Source: Terriglobia bacterium
GTDB lineage: Bacteria; Acidobacteriota; Terriglobia; Acidiferrales; UBA7541
Assembly: GCA_963695545.1 (NCBI GenBank)
Contig: OY968796.1
Coordinates: forward strand, 320,001 to 384,000
Length of the DNA stretch: 64,000 nucleotides
Reading direction: 5' to 3'
Both the position numbers and the translations under genes were made by a program. Shown here piece after piece: positions 46,116-58,496 of the stretch (within the stretch, counting starts at the first letter, position 1; each line of letters begins with the position of its first letter). The notes under the pieces are model-generated. The model made no database searches and had not been told where the DNA came from. It saw only the letters and a program-made list of their open reading frames with translations.

Positions 46116-46219
46116 ACAGTGTTGTGCTGACGCCCGCGTTCGGGCCTTCAATCGTAGCACATTGGGCGCGCGTAATCAGCGCTTCGCGGAAGCTGCGGAT
46201 GGACACGCGCGGGGCGGCG

Positions 46220-46441
46220 TCAACCGCCGTGGCGCTCTTTGTATTCCTCGTACCACGCCATTTGGATGGCTTCGAGTTTGCCTTCACTCGATTCCTGCGC
46301 GTCGCCGGAAAAACCTTCAAGCTCGACGACCCATTTGTGCAGATCTGTGTAGCGGACAGTGAGCGGATCGGTGTCGGGATACTTCTCGGAGAGTTGGATG
46401 CCGATCTCTTCGGCGTCGCTCCAATCGAATTTCGGTGGCAC
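46220..46441 (-). CDS. iscX: Fe-S cluster assembly protein IscX
   Basis: W.DAEEIG..L...YPD.DPLTVRYTDL...LEAIQMAW. Confidence 0.92.
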   Translation of the reverse strand: MPPKFDWSDAEEIGIQLSEKYPDTDPLTVRYTDLHKWVVELEGFSGDAQESSEGKLEAIQMAWYEEYKERHGG

Positions 46442-46456
46442 GGTCGGACCTCCGCT

Positions 46457-46867
46457 TTAGTGGTCGGCTTCCTTCGCGTAATTCTTATTCCACTCCGGAA
46501 TCTCGACGACAAGATCGCGCGTACCGTCGGGCACGCACTGGCATCCCAGGCGTGATTTCGGCGTGAGACCGGGCGCTTCGTCGAGCTGGTCGAGTTCGGC
46601 GTCGGTCGCTTCGTTGCACGATTCAAGCCCTTCGTGCACGATCACGTGGCACGTCGAGCAAGCACACACTCCGCCGCACGCGTGGTCGAGACCCATGTGG
46701 AATCCCGTGGAAATATCGAGGATGCTTCCCGGCAAACCATCGTGGCCGAACGGAATTTTCGCCGGATCCACCTCGACTATTTTATCTTCGCCGACGAACG
46801 TGACCTTGAATTTTCGGGTCGCGGGCGTGTACTTGGCCTGCTCGATGTAAGGATTTGAGCCGCCCAT
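46457..46867 (-). CDS. fdx: ISC-type 2Fe-2S ferredoxin
   Basis: HACGGVCACSTCH and SRLGCQ motifs. Confidence 0.92.
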   Translation of the reverse strand: MGGSNPYIEQAKYTPATRKFKVTFVGEDKIVEVDPAKIPFGHDGLPGSILDISTGFHMGLDHACGGVCACSTCHVIVHEGLESCNEATDAELDQLDEAPGLTPKSRLGCQCVPDGTRDLVVEIPEWNKNYAKEADH

Positions 46868-46916
46868 CGTCGCCCTCCTCTCGTCACTTGCTCTGCTGCA
46901 ATTTCTGAAACTCGAT

Positions 46917-48758
<1,842 letters not shown>

Positions 48759-48801
48759 TTCGTGCGAGGCCTCCGCGCCCTACGTGATCCGCGCACAACA
48801 A

Positions 48802-49503
48802 TCAACAATTCTCGTTCAACTCCCTCTGGACACTGAGGACAAGATTTCCTATATAGGACCGACGATTCAACGCTGCGTTCAGACGCTCCAAAATGGCGCG
48901 CCGAGTCGTGGCGTCAGCTCCCGCATCTGCAGCGCGGTCCCACTCCCCACTGAGTCTAAGAAGCTCTGCGTTAATTCCGTCCCTCTTGCTCGTAAAATTG
49001 TTTGCTGCGAGCAGTAGCTTTTTATGAAGAGACGCTCGCTCCGCGGCACCCCCCCCCGCCGTTCGGGCCATACGCATTTCATCAAGAGACTCGTTCAAAT
49101 CAAAAACCTCTTCGAGCAATTCAGGAGGAGCCTGTTGTTTGTTCTGGCCTTCCCGACGCATGCCCTCCTTCGCAAGCAAATACTCTAATCGCGAAAAGGC
49201 GTCTTGAAGCGTGCGATATGCGTCGTTCAATTGCGAAGAACGCTCGAGCGACAATTCGCGCTCGGCTTCCGTTGCACGCACGAAATTGTCGGGATGCAAC
49301 TTCCAACTGAGCGCGTGAAATCGCTGCTCGAGATCGGCCGGATCGAGCGCCAGCTTCTGCGGCAGGCCGAAGAACGCGAAATAGTCCGTGTCGCGCGCGA
49401 GCGGCTGAATCTTGCCGCACGCCGCGCAAAAATGACCGCTGGCAGCGAGCTGCCCGCAGCTCCAGCAATTTATCCCCGTCGTGGCTGTGGATGCGCTGCT
49501 CAT
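48802..49503 (-). CDS. hscB: Co-chaperone HscB with N-terminal CxxC-CxxC
   Basis: CWSC...CAAC, DYFAFFGL, LHPD J-domain, LNDAYRTL. Confidence 0.92.
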   Translation of the reverse strand: MSSASTATTGINCWSCGQLAASGHFCAACGKIQPLARDTDYFAFFGLPQKLALDPADLEQRFHALSWKLHPDNFVRATEAERELSLERSSQLNDAYRTLQDAFSRLEYLLAKEGMRREGQNKQQAPPELLEEVFDLNESLDEMRMARTAGGGAAERASLHKKLLLAANNFTSKRDGINAELLRLSGEWDRAADAGADATTRRAILERLNAALNRRSYIGNLVLSVQRELNENC

Positions 49504-49637
49504 GATTATCGGTGCCGCGCTGCGCGGCCGAAAAAAATGGCTGGCGGGCGAATCGCTCCCGGCCAGCCTCGCGCCGCTTCAATTGCCCCCAAATCGTGCC
49601 TAATGCCCCGCCCTCGATCTCCGAACGCGCCGCGCCG

Positions 49638-49967
49638 TCAGGCCGAAAACGAAGTGCCGCAACCGCAACTGCGCGTCGCCGCTGGATTCTGAAACACGAA
49701 GCCGCGGCGGATCAGCGTCTCTTCGTAATCGAGCGTGGTCTCCGCAAGATAGAGCAAACTCTTCGGATCGACGAAAACGCGCGCCCCATTTTCCTCGAAC
49801 ACGTTGTCGCGGTCGCGAGCCTGCGTCTCCAGACGCATCGCGTAGGTCAGGCCCGAGCAACCGCCGCCTTGCACGCCCAAGCGCAGGCCGCCCGATTGTT
49901 CCGGCACACCCTCCTTGATCAGGAGTTCGTGGATTTTTTGCGCCGCTTTTTCCGTGACGTGAACCAT
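49638..49967 (-). CDS. iscA: A-type Fe-S carrier IscA
   Basis: GGCSG and CGCGTSF motifs. Confidence 0.93.
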   Translation of the reverse strand: MVHVTEKAAQKIHELLIKEGVPEQSGGLRLGVQGGGCSGLTYAMRLETQARDRDNVFEENGARVFVDPKSLLYLAETTLDYEETLIRRGFVFQNPAATRSCGCGTSFSA

Positions 49968-50081
49968 GACGCTATCCTTTACCTCACCCTCTGCACTATT
50001 AGATGAACGACGGTCCGCGACGACGCGCGCAACCGTGCTTGGAGCCTGAGCGGCTTCGGCGGGATAGCCCGCCGCGCGCGC

Positions 50082-50504
50082 TCAGGAATGCGACGTAGTG
50101 CTCTTCTCGGTGGTCGTGGCGACGCCGTTCTTCTGCTTCCAATCGCCGATCGCCGCTTTGATCGCGTCTTCCGCCAGCACGGAGCAGTGAATCTTCACCG
50201 GCGGCAAGCTCAGCTCGCGGACGATGTCCGTGTTCTTGATCGCCAAAGCCTCTTCGACCGTCTTGCCCTTCACCCACTCGGTCGCGAGCGATGAACTGGC
50301 GATGGCCGATCCGCAGCCGAAGGTCTTGAATTTGGCTTCTTCAATGACCTGCGTCTCCGGATTGATGCGCATCTGCAGCTTCATCACGTCGCCGCATTCC
50401 GGCGCGCCGACCAGACCCGTGCCGACGTTTGCGTCGTCCTTGGGCATGCTGCCGACGTTGCGCGGATGATTGTAGTGATCGATCACTTTATCGCTGTACG
50501 CCAT
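50082..50504 (-). CDS. iscU: Fe-S scaffold IscU
   Basis: GAPECGD, FGCGSAIASSS and LPPVKIHCS motifs. Confidence 0.97.
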   Translation of the reverse strand: MAYSDKVIDHYNHPRNVGSMPKDDANVGTGLVGAPECGDVMKLQMRINPETQVIEEAKFKTFGCGSAIASSSLATEWVKGKTVEEALAIKNTDIVRELSLPPVKIHCSVLAEDAIKAAIGDWKQKNGVATTTEKSTTSHS

Positions 50505-50537
50505 GGTGTCTCCCCTTTATCACTCGAATCGAAATCG

Positions 50538-51758
50538 TCAGTCCACTTTCCAGGTCAACTTGCTCAAGTCCACGCCTTCTTTGGCCATTTCATACAGCGG
50601 TGAAAGCTCGCGCAGACGAATCACAACTTCGGAAACGCGATCGACCACGTAATCCACTTCTTCTTCGGTATTGAAACGGCCCAAGCCGAAGCGGATCGAA
50701 GTGTGCGCCAGGTCCTCGCCCACGCCGAGCGCTTTCAGCACATAACTCGGTTCGAGTGTGGCCGAAGTGCAAGCCGAGCCGCTCGACACCGCGATGTCAT
50801 TAATTCCCATCAGCAGCGATTCGCCTTCGACGAACGCGAAGCTCACGTTCAAATTGTTCGGCAAGCGGTGTTCCATCGAACCGTTGATGTAAAGCTCATC
50901 GAGGCGTGCAAACAATCCGTCTTTCAGGCGGGTGCGGAGCGCGAGCATGCGGGCGGACTCAACCGGCATTTCGTTTTGACAAATCTCCGCGGCCTTGCCC
51001 ATGCCCACGATCCCCGGCACGTTCAGCGTGCCCGAACGCATGCCGCGCTCGTGCCCGCCGCCATCGATCACGGCCGCCAGTTGCACGCGCGGATTGCGAC
51101 GGCGAACGTACAACGCCCCGACGCCCTTCGGCCCGTACATCTTGTGCGCGCTGATCGAAAGCAAATCGATATTGTCCTTCTGCACGTCGACGGGAACTTT
51201 TCCGGCAGCCTGCACGCCGTCCACATGGAACAACACGCCCTTTTCCTTCGCGATCTTGCCGATTTCCGCGATGGGCTGGATCACGCCAATTTCATTGTTG
51301 GCATACATGATGGTGATCAAAATCGTCTTCGCCGTGATCGCGCGGCGCAATTCCTCGAGATCGACGCGGCCATCTTTCTGCACCGGCAGGTAGGTAACCT
51401 CGTAGCCGTACTTCTCAAGACGCTTGCAGGTGTCCAGCACAGCCTTGTGCTCCGTGACCTGCGTGATGATGTGATTGCCCTTCTCGCGATACATTTCCGC
51501 GACGCCCTTGATCGCCAGATTGTCCGATTCCGTGGCGCCGCTGGTGACGATGATTTCTTTCGGCGTAGCGTTGATCAGCCGCGCCACTTGGCCGCGCGCG
51601 TTCTCCACCGCCTCTTCGGCCGTCCAGCCAAAGGAATGATTGCGGCTCGCGGAGTTGCCGAACTTTTCGCGAAAATACGGCAGCATTGCGTCCAGAACGC
51701 GCGGGTCAACCGGCGTCGTGGCGTGATTGTCCATGTAAACAGGTAGATTTATGGCCAT
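50538..51758 (-). CDS. iscS: Cysteine desulfurase IscS
   Basis: [10 protein letters not shown] and SSGSACTS motifs. Confidence 0.97.
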   Translation of the reverse strand: MAINLPVYMDNHATTPVDPRVLDAMLPYFREKFGNSASRNHSFGWTAEEAVENARGQVARLINATPKEIIVTSGATESDNLAIKGVAEMYREKGNHIITQVTEHKAVLDTCKRLEKYGYEVTYLPVQKDGRVDLEELRRAITAKTILITIMYANNEIGVIQPIAEIGKIAKEKGVLFHVDGVQAAGKVPVDVQKDNIDLLSISAHKMYGPKGVGALYVRRRNPRVQLAAVIDGGGHERGMRSGTLNVPGIVGMGKAAEICQNEMPVESARMLALRTRLKDGLFARLDELYINGSMEHRLPNNLNVSFAFVEGESLLMGINDIAVSSGSACTSATLEPSYVLKALGVGEDLAHTSIRFGLGRFNTEEEVDYVVDRVSEVVIRLRELSPLYEMAKEGVDLSKLTWKVD

Positions 51759-51781
51759 GCTCTTTCTCTCCCCTGAACTCC

Positions 51782-52219
51782 CTAACTCGAAAGCTCAACC
51801 AGCGCAGTTGCCCCGGATTCGTCGCCCATCTCGGAGATGGTGACGTTGCGTAGGACCTGCAGAATGCTCTCGTTCACGCGCCGCAACGGTTCGCGCACCG
51901 TGCACTTCGTCGTCTGTCCGCACTCTCCATGCGAAGTCACACACGACGTGATGCGCAATGGCCCGTCGATCGCGTCAATCACTTCAAACGCGGTGATCTC
52001 TTTCGGATCGCGCGCCAATTGATAGCCGCCGCCGGATCCGTGCCGCGACGTCACCAGTCCTTCGCGCGCCAGGCGCTGCAGCACTTTCGCCAGCAGCGGC
52101 GCCGATATACAGTAGACTTCGGCGATGTCCGCGGCGCTGCACGAACCCGTCGCGCCGAACGCGGCGAGATGCTTCACGGCAATCAGTCCGTAGTCGGCTT
52201 TTTTGGTTAGCTTCAACAT
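51782..52219 (-). CDS. iscR: Rrf2 family Fe-S regulator (IscR-like)
   Basis: [15 protein letters not shown], three C-terminal Cys; first gene of the isc operon. Confidence 0.85.
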   Translation of the reverse strand: MLKLTKKADYGLIAVKHLAAFGATGSCSAADIAEVYCISAPLLAKVLQRLAREGLVTSRHGSGGGYQLARDPKEITAFEVIDAIDGPLRITSCVTSHGECGQTTKCTVREPLRRVNESILQVLRNVTISEMGDESGATALVELSS

Positions 52220-52237
52220 TTACGCGCGCCGCGACCG

Positions 52238-52370
52238 ATATACGACACTTTCGGTCGCAATTGAAGTTTACAGCGCGCCATTCGCTCCTGTCAAGGCCGA
52301 ACTTTGCATCGAAATGCCGGCAACTGCCGCCTTCTGAACCACTTGCAATCCGACCATTTCGGTCCTGATT
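52238..52370 (-). promoter_or_regulatory. isc promoter (TTGACA-18-TAAACT) with two Rrf2/IscR-like operators
   Basis: CGACACTTTCGGTCG at 52243 and CGACCATTTCGGTC at 52351; -35 at 52294-52289, -10 at 52270-52265. Confidence 0.6.
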
Positions 52371-52557
52371 GAGTGCGGGAATCAGCATCGAATGGTAGAG
52401 ATCCAGAACTGAATGGCGCAAAAACAGGCCCGAATTGAAACGCCGTCCAGCCCGCACAATCAACCGGCTAGAGCCATTGTCGAACGCGCCGCAGGGGATT
52501 TCCGCCGTCGCGAGCGCGTCTGTAGGTTAAAATATTATGGGTTCCGAAAACGACGCG

Positions 52558-53034
52558 ATGAAACTAGCTATCTATCCCGGCTCGTTCGATCCGGTGACCA
52601 ACGGCCATCTCGACCTTGTCGAACGAGGCAGCAAGCTCTTCGACCGCCTGGTGGTGGCCGTGTTGCGCAACCTCGACAAGGAGCCGTTGTTCTCGCTCAC
52701 CGAACGCGTCGAAATGCTGCGCGACGCAACGAGCGGAAAAGCCAATGTCGAGGTGGATGTGTTCGATGGGCTGCTCGTCGAGTACGTTCGGCAGCGCAAG
52801 GCCAACGTGATTCTGCGCGGCATCCGCGCGATTTCGGATTACGAATACGAGCTGCAAATGGCCATGATGAATCGCAAAATCGAGCCGACTATCGAGACTG
52901 TTTTCATGATGCCGGCCGAGCCGTACAGTTATTTGAGCGCGCACCTGGTGCGCGAGATCGCGCGCCTGGGCGGACCGCTCGATGGATTGATTCCGGCGGC
53001 CGTCGAAAAGCGCTTGCGAGCGAAATTTTCCTGA
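52558..53034 (+). CDS. coaD: Phosphopantetheine adenylyltransferase
   Basis: YPGSFDPVTNGH and RGIRAISDYEYE motifs. Confidence 0.97.
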   Translation: MKLAIYPGSFDPVTNGHLDLVERGSKLFDRLVVAVLRNLDKEPLFSLTERVEMLRDATSGKANVEVDVFDGLLVEYVRQRKANVILRGIRAISDYEYELQMAMMNRKIEPTIETVFMMPAEPYSYLSAHLVREIARLGGPLDGLIPAAVEKRLRAKFS

Positions 53035-53050
53035 TCGGAGAAGCCTCGAA

Positions 53051-54232
53051 ATGAAATTCACGGATCGCGTCAATCGAATTTCTGTTTCGCCGACGATGGC
53101 GGTGCTCATGGAGGCCGAGAAGCTCAAGGTCCGCGGCGTCGACGTCGTGGACTTCGGTCCCGGCGAGCCGGATTTCCCGACGCCAGAGCGCATCAAGCAG
53201 GCGGCCATTCGCGCCCTCGCCGAGAATCGCACCAAGTACACGGCGACCGCCGGCATCGCGCCGTTGCGCGAAGCCATCTGCCGCTGGCACGCCGCGCAAT
53301 TCGCGACGAAATATCAACCGGCGCAGTGCGTGGTGACTTCCGGCGGCAAGCATGCGATCTACGAAACCGTCGGCGCCCTCATCGACACCGGCGATGAAGT
53401 CGTGATCCCCGCACCGTATTGGGTGAGCTTTCCCGACATCGTGAAGCTCGCAGGCGGCACGCCCGTGTTTGTGCCCACCGAAGCGGCCGACGGATTCCGC
53501 CTGCGCGCCGCGCAGATCGAAGCGGCCCTCACGCCGCGCACGCGCATGGTCATCGTGAATTCGCCATGCAATCCCACCGGCGCAGTGGTGCCCAACGATG
53601 AATTCGCGCGAATCGCCGCGTTGTGCGCCGCTCGCGACATCTGGCTGATGAGCGATGAATGCTATTCGCATTTTCTCTACGATGGCGCGAAACCCTTTTC
53701 GATCGGCAGCCGGCCCGAAGCGGGCGAGAAAACCGTTATCATCGGCTCGCTTTCAAAAACTTTCGCGATGACCGGCTGGCGCGTGGGCTACGCGCTGGCT
53801 CCTGAACCGCTGATCGCGGCCATCGTGAAGCAACAGAGCCAATCGACCTCGAACGTCACTTCGATCGCGCAATACGCGGCGCTCGCGGCGCTCGAAGGAC
53901 CGATGGAATCCGTCGGCATCATGCTCGCGGAATACGCGCGCCGGCGCGCGCGCATCTACGCCGGCTTGAACGAGCTGCCCGGCGTAACCTGCACGGAACC
54001 GAGGGGCGCGTTCTACGCGTTTCCAAGCGTGGCGGCGCGCGACGGCAGCTTGGCCGACACCACGGCGGTGGCCAAAGCGTTGCTCGAGCGCGAACACGTC
54101 GCCGTGGTTCCCGGCGCGGCGTTCGGTGCGCCCGGCTTCCTGCGATTTTCTTACGCCACGTCGATGGAGCGCATCGACGAGGGCCTGCGGCGCCTCGCGC
54201 ATTTCTTTTCCGCAGCGGCTTCGGCTTCGTGA
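53051..54232 (+). CDS. PLP-dependent class I aminotransferase (aspartate aminotransferase-like)
   Basis: GEPDF, NSPCNPTG, DECY and SLSKTFAMTGWRVG motifs. Confidence 0.93.
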   Translation: MKFTDRVNRISVSPTMAVLMEAEKLKVRGVDVVDFGPGEPDFPTPERIKQAAIRALAENRTKYTATAGIAPLREAICRWHAAQFATKYQPAQCVVTSGGKHAIYETVGALIDTGDEVVIPAPYWVSFPDIVKLAGGTPVFVPTEAADGFRLRAAQIEAALTPRTRMVIVNSPCNPTGAVVPNDEFARIAALCAARDIWLMSDECYSHFLYDGAKPFSIGSRPEAGEKTVIIGSLSKTFAMTGWRVGYALAPEPLIAAIVKQQSQSTSNVTSIAQYAALAALEGPMESVGIMLAEYARRRARIYAGLNELPGVTCTEPRGAFYAFPSVAARDGSLADTTAVAKALLEREHVAVVPGAAFGAPGFLRFSYATSMERIDEGLRRLAHFFSAAASAS

Positions 54233-55371
54233 ACGTCGCGCCCGCGCTCCTCGAGCCGCTGCGCGTGGCGCGCATTTGGGGCGCGCAATCGCTCGCGCCG
54301 CTCTATCCGGACTCGGAGCGATTTATCGGCCGCGTCGGCGAGGTCTGGTTGACCGGCGAAACCTGCCGTTTCGCAATCGGACCGTTCGCAGGACAAACGC
54401 TCGGCGAGGCCTGGCCGCAGATGCCGGCCGAATGGACCGGAACGCGGCTGACCGAGCGACCCGGAATTCCACTCCTCGCGAAATTTATTTTCCCCGGCGA
54501 TAAACTCTCCGTGCAGGTGCATCCCGACGATGCGTACGCGCAAGAGCACGAGAGCGCGGCCGGCGGCGTGGGCAAGACGGAGATGTGGTACGTGGCCGCG
54601 GCGTCCGCTGGAGCGAAAGTCCTTCTCGGCCTCGGAGTGAACGTCACGCGGCAAAAATTCATGCGCTCCCTTTCCGACGGCACCACGGAGCAGTGCCTGG
54701 AAGCGATTCCGGTCCGCGCGGGCGATTCGATCTTCGTTCCCGCCGGCACGGTGCACGCCATCGGGCCGGGCGTCATACTCTACGAAATGCAGCAATATTC
54801 GGATCTCACTTACCGGGTGTTCGATTACAACCGCTTCGGCGCCGGCGGTATATCGCGCGAGCTGCACGTGGAAAAAGCCATGGATGTGATGCGCTTCGGC
54901 CCTCCCGCCGCTGGCGAAGCGGCGCCGGGGGTCGTCGAGCCGATCGCGATTCAAGGCGGGCCCAACGCGGAGCGCCTTTTGCTTGTGGCCTGCCGCTACT
55001 TCGCCGTCGAGCGATGGAAGTTCAGCGGTCGCGTCACGATCGAAACCTCGCCCGAACGATTCGAACTGCTGACGCCGCTTGAAGGAACCGGGCGCTTCTC
55101 GTTTCCCGGCGGTTTATCCGCGGACGTGAGCCGCGCGGCGCGCGCGGCGCATCCGCCGGACGTCGGCGCCAACGGCGCAGCGGAAGAATTCTCGTACGCA
55201 CCCGGACAAGCGTGGCTGATTCCGGCAGCGCTCGGAATCTACATCCTCGAGCCCTCCGCGCCCACGACCTTGCTGCGCGCCTACGTGCCGAATCTTGACG
55301 CGCTCGAACAGGAACTCGCGGGCGGAGACCGAACTGCGCGCGCTGCGCGCCCGCGCGGGACGCAACAATGA
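54229..55371 (+). CDS. manA: Mannose-6-phosphate isomerase, type I
   Basis: LSVQVHPDD, GKTEMW, PAGTVHAI, EMQQYSDLTYR and RELH motifs. Confidence 0.92.
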   Translation: MNVAPALLEPLRVARIWGAQSLAPLYPDSERFIGRVGEVWLTGETCRFAIGPFAGQTLGEAWPQMPAEWTGTRLTERPGIPLLAKFIFPGDKLSVQVHPDDAYAQEHESAAGGVGKTEMWYVAAASAGAKVLLGLGVNVTRQKFMRSLSDGTTEQCLEAIPVRAGDSIFVPAGTVHAIGPGVILYEMQQYSDLTYRVFDYNRFGAGGISRELHVEKAMDVMRFGPPAAGEAAPGVVEPIAIQGGPNAERLLLVACRYFAVERWKFSGRVTIETSPERFELLTPLEGTGRFSFPGGLSADVSRAARAAHPPDVGANGAAEEFSYAPGQAWLIPAALGIYILEPSAPTTLLRAYVPNLDALEQELAGGDRTARAARPRGTQQ

Positions 55372-56498
55372 CCGTCGAACGTATCGAAGCGCACGCCGTA
55401 ATTCTTGCCGGCGGACGCGGCACGCGTTTCTGGCCGCGCAGCCGCACGCGCACGCCGAAACAATTGCTGAACATCGTCGGCGACACAACCATGCTCGAGC
55501 AAACTGTCGCGCGCCTCGCGCCGATATTCCTTCCTTCTCGCACGTGGGTGGTCACCAACACGGAGCAAGCTGCGGCCGTTCGCGCACAAATGCCGCGCGC
55601 CGCTCGCGCTCAAGTGCTCACGGAGCCTGCGGGCCGTAACACCGCCGCGGCCATCGGACTCGCGGCGGTGCACCTGTTGCATCGCGCGCACGGTCGAGAC
55701 GCGCTGATGGCCGTCCTGCCGGCCGATCACTACATCGCGCAGGCCGAACGCTATCGCCGCATCGTTCGTGCGGCGCTCGATGCGGCCGGCGCAAGCGGTG
55801 CACCCGGCCCTCCCGGCACACTTGTTGTTCTGGGCATTCCTCCAACGCGCCCGGAAACAGGCTTCGGTTACATCGAGCGCGGTGCGCGCGAGAAAACGGG
55901 CCGCGTGCCGATTTACGCCGTGCACAAGTTCACCGAAAAACCGGATGCCGTGCGCGCGCGGCGCTACGTGGCCTCAGGCCGATATTATTGGAACGCGGGA
56001 ATGTTTTTCTGGCGCGCGTCGACCTATCTCGCGCAGCTCAAACGATTCCTTCCAGCCACACACGATGCGTTGCTGCGCCTCGCCGAGACCATCGGCACGC
56101 GGCGCTACCGTGCCATGCTCGACAAAATTTATCCGCGTCTTCAAAACATTTCGGTGGACTACGCGGTTCTCGAGCCCGCCACGCGTGCGCGCGGCGCGGC
56201 CGGCGTGTCCGTAATCCCAGCTGAAGTCGGATGGAGCGATATCGGTTCGTGGGCCGCCGTTTACGAGTTGCTGGCGAAGAAATCTGGTGAAAATGTCGCC
56301 GCGGGAAAAATGTTCGCGCTCGATTCCGCCGGCAATTTTCTCTGGAGCCCGCACAAATTCATCGCTGCAATCGGACTCCATAATTTCGTCGTCGTCGAAA
56401 CTCCCGACGCGCTGCTCGTCTGCCCGCGCGAACGTTCGCAAGATGTTGCCAAGGTCGTGCGCTGGCTCGAAGAGCACAGGCTCCGCGAACTCCTCTAG
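55368..56498 (+). CDS. manC: Mannose-1-phosphate guanylyltransferase
   Basis: LAGGRGTRFWP, EPAGRNTA, FTEKP, WNAGMF and WSDIGSW motifs. Confidence 0.93.
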   Translation: MTVERIEAHAVILAGGRGTRFWPRSRTRTPKQLLNIVGDTTMLEQTVARLAPIFLPSRTWVVTNTEQAAAVRAQMPRAARAQVLTEPAGRNTAAAIGLAAVHLLHRAHGRDALMAVLPADHYIAQAERYRRIVRAALDAAGASGAPGPPGTLVVLGIPPTRPETGFGYIERGAREKTGRVPIYAVHKFTEKPDAVRARRYVASGRYYWNAGMFFWRASTYLAQLKRFLPATHDALLRLAETIGTRRYRAMLDKIYPRLQNISVDYAVLEPATRARGAAGVSVIPAEVGWSDIGSWAAVYELLAKKSGENVAAGKMFALDSAGNFLWSPHKFIAAIGLHNFVVVETPDALLVCPRERSQDVAKVVRWLEEHRLRELL

Positions 56499-56625
56499 CA
56501 CGCCAGGCACGGCGCGCCGTGCCCGCCCAGGCTTCGAATGTCCCTCTGCGATTCTCCCTAACCGTTACGGGCGTCTGCCTCTCCGCCTTCTCGCCGCGCC
56601 CGCCATCGCATATACTTTTTCGATC

Positions 56626-58035
56626 GTGAGCGAAATACGATTCGGCACCGACGGCTGGCGCGGCGTGATCGCCGAGGATTTCACCGAAGCGAACGTGCGC
56701 CTGGTTGCCTACGCCATCGCGCGCTATTTCGTGCGCGAAACCGACGCGCGTCGCGGAGTGCTAGTCGGTCACGACACGCGATTCGGCTCCGAGCGATTCG
56801 CGCGCGTCGCCGCTGAAACTGTGGCCATGACCGGCACGCCGGTGTGGCTCACCGATCGCGCGTGTCCCTCGCCCGCAATTTCGTTGCTGGTGAAGCAGCG
56901 GCAGGCGGCCGGCGGAATCATGATCACCGCGAGCCACAATCCCTATCGCTGGAACGGCATCAAGATCAAAGCCAGCTACGGCAGTTCGGCGCGCCCCTCG
57001 ATGATCGCCGGAATCGAGCGCGAACTCGCGCCCGTGCTCGCAAGCGGCCTGCCAACGCTGCCTCCTCGCGCCGACCTCGTTCATTCGCTCGACGTGCGCA
57101 CTCCGTATCTCGATACCATTGAGAAGCTCGTCGATTGGGACCGCCTCGCCGCGGCCGGGCTGCGCTTCGTCGTCGACCCCATGCACGGCGCCGCGCGCGG
57201 CTTGCTCCGCGAACTTTTCGAGCGCCACGGAATCGCGTGCGATGAAATCCGCGGCACACGCGATCCATTATTCGGCGGCGCAAATCCCGAGCCGATCGAG
57301 CCGCACATCGAACCGTTGCGCAAAGCGGTGCTCGCAGGAGACTATGCCGCAGGTTTCGCGGCCGATGGCGATGGCGACCGTATCGGCGCCATCGATCGCA
57401 CCGGCGCGTTCATCACGCCGCATCAGATTTTCGCGCTGCTCTTCTGGCATTTGGCCGGCGCGCGCGGCCTCGCCGGCGACGTGGCCAAAACATTCTCCAC
57501 CACCAAGCTGATCGACAAAATCGCCGCGCGCTACGGCCGAAAAGTTTACGAAGCTCCCATCGGCTTCAAATACATTTGCGAGTTGATGTTGGAAAACGAA
57601 ATTCTGCTGGGCGGCGAAGAATCAGGCGGCATCGGCACAAAACTTTATTTGCCGGAGCGCGACGCTACGGTGATGGCGCTACTGCTCGCCGAACTCATGG
57701 CCTGGCACGGACAATCGCTCGGCGAACTCGTCGCGCGGCTGCACGCGGAATTTGGCGAGCATCACTACGGCCGCGTGGACCTCGATCTGCGCCCCGGCCA
57801 AAATCAATTGGCGATCGCGCATTTTGCCGGAGCGAAACTCAAGCGCGTTCTTGATTGGCCGATCACCCGCCGCGAAGATCTCGATGGCGTGAAAGCTTAT
57901 CTCGGGGAAATTGGATGGGTGATGGTGCGCGCGTCCGGCACGGAACCCGTCTTGCGCGTCTACGCCGAAACTTCCAGCGCCGCAGCCACGCGCGCAATTC
58001 TCGACGAAACCTGCGCGATCGTGCGCGCGCTGTAG
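56626..58035 (+). CDS. manB: Phosphomannomutase/phosphoglucomutase
   Basis: FGTDGWRG, TASHNP, DGDGDR, GEESGG and RASGTEP motifs; GTG start 56626. Confidence 0.92.
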   Translation: MSEIRFGTDGWRGVIAEDFTEANVRLVAYAIARYFVRETDARRGVLVGHDTRFGSERFARVAAETVAMTGTPVWLTDRACPSPAISLLVKQRQAAGGIMITASHNPYRWNGIKIKASYGSSARPSMIAGIERELAPVLASGLPTLPPRADLVHSLDVRTPYLDTIEKLVDWDRLAAAGLRFVVDPMHGAARGLLRELFERHGIACDEIRGTRDPLFGGANPEPIEPHIEPLRKAVLAGDYAAGFAADGDGDRIGAIDRTGAFITPHQIFALLFWHLAGARGLAGDVAKTFSTTKLIDKIAARYGRKVYEAPIGFKYICELMLENEILLGGEESGGIGTKLYLPERDATVMALLLAELMAWHGQSLGELVARLHAEFGEHHYGRVDLDLRPGQNQLAIAHFAGAKLKRVLDWPITRREDLDGVKAYLGEIGWVMVRASGTEPVLRVYAETSSAAATRAILDETCAIVRAL

Positions 58036-58039
58036 CGGC

Positions 58040-58495
58040 TCACGTTCCTTCCGCCGCTCCTTCTTCTTTTTTCGGCGCCGCCTCGCCCTGCACTTCGCCC
58101 AAAGACCGCGCAATCGCATCGAGCACGCCATTCACGAACGGCGCAGCCTCGTCTCCGGAAAATCGCTTGGCCAGCTCGATCGCTTCGTCGAGGACGACCT
58201 TCGGCGGCGTGGATGTGCGCGTCAACTCATACGCCGCAAGCCGCAAAATCGCGCGATCGATCACGGACATGCGCCCCACGCGCCAGTTGTCGGCGTGGCT
58301 TTCGATCAGCGCATCCAGACGCGCTGTGTCCGCCGCGGTGCCTTCAAACAATTGATTGGCGAATTCGCGCGTGGCCGCCTCCGCACGCGCGCCCTGCCAG
58401 AACGCAACTTCCAGTCGCGCCGGCTCCTCCCTGCCCAACTCCGATTGAAACAACATCTGCAATGCAAATTCGCGCGACTTGCTGCGAAGAGACAT
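58040..58495 (-). CDS. nusB: Transcription antitermination factor NusB
   Basis: R.KSREFALQMLF, DRAILRL, EAIELAKRF and FVNGVLD motifs. Confidence 0.95.
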   Translation of the reverse strand: MSLRSKSREFALQMLFQSELGREEPARLEVAFWQGARAEAATREFANQLFEGTAADTARLDALIESHADNWRVGRMSVIDRAILRLAAYELTRTSTPPKVVLDEAIELAKRFSGDEAAPFVNGVLDAIARSLGEVQGEAAPKKEEGAAEGT

Positions 58496-58496
58496 T

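Noticed and set aside
56287..56625. N-terminal extension of the phosphomannomutase ORF
   Set aside because: It overlaps manC; homology starts at SEIRFGTDG, and a TATACT box precedes GTG 56626.
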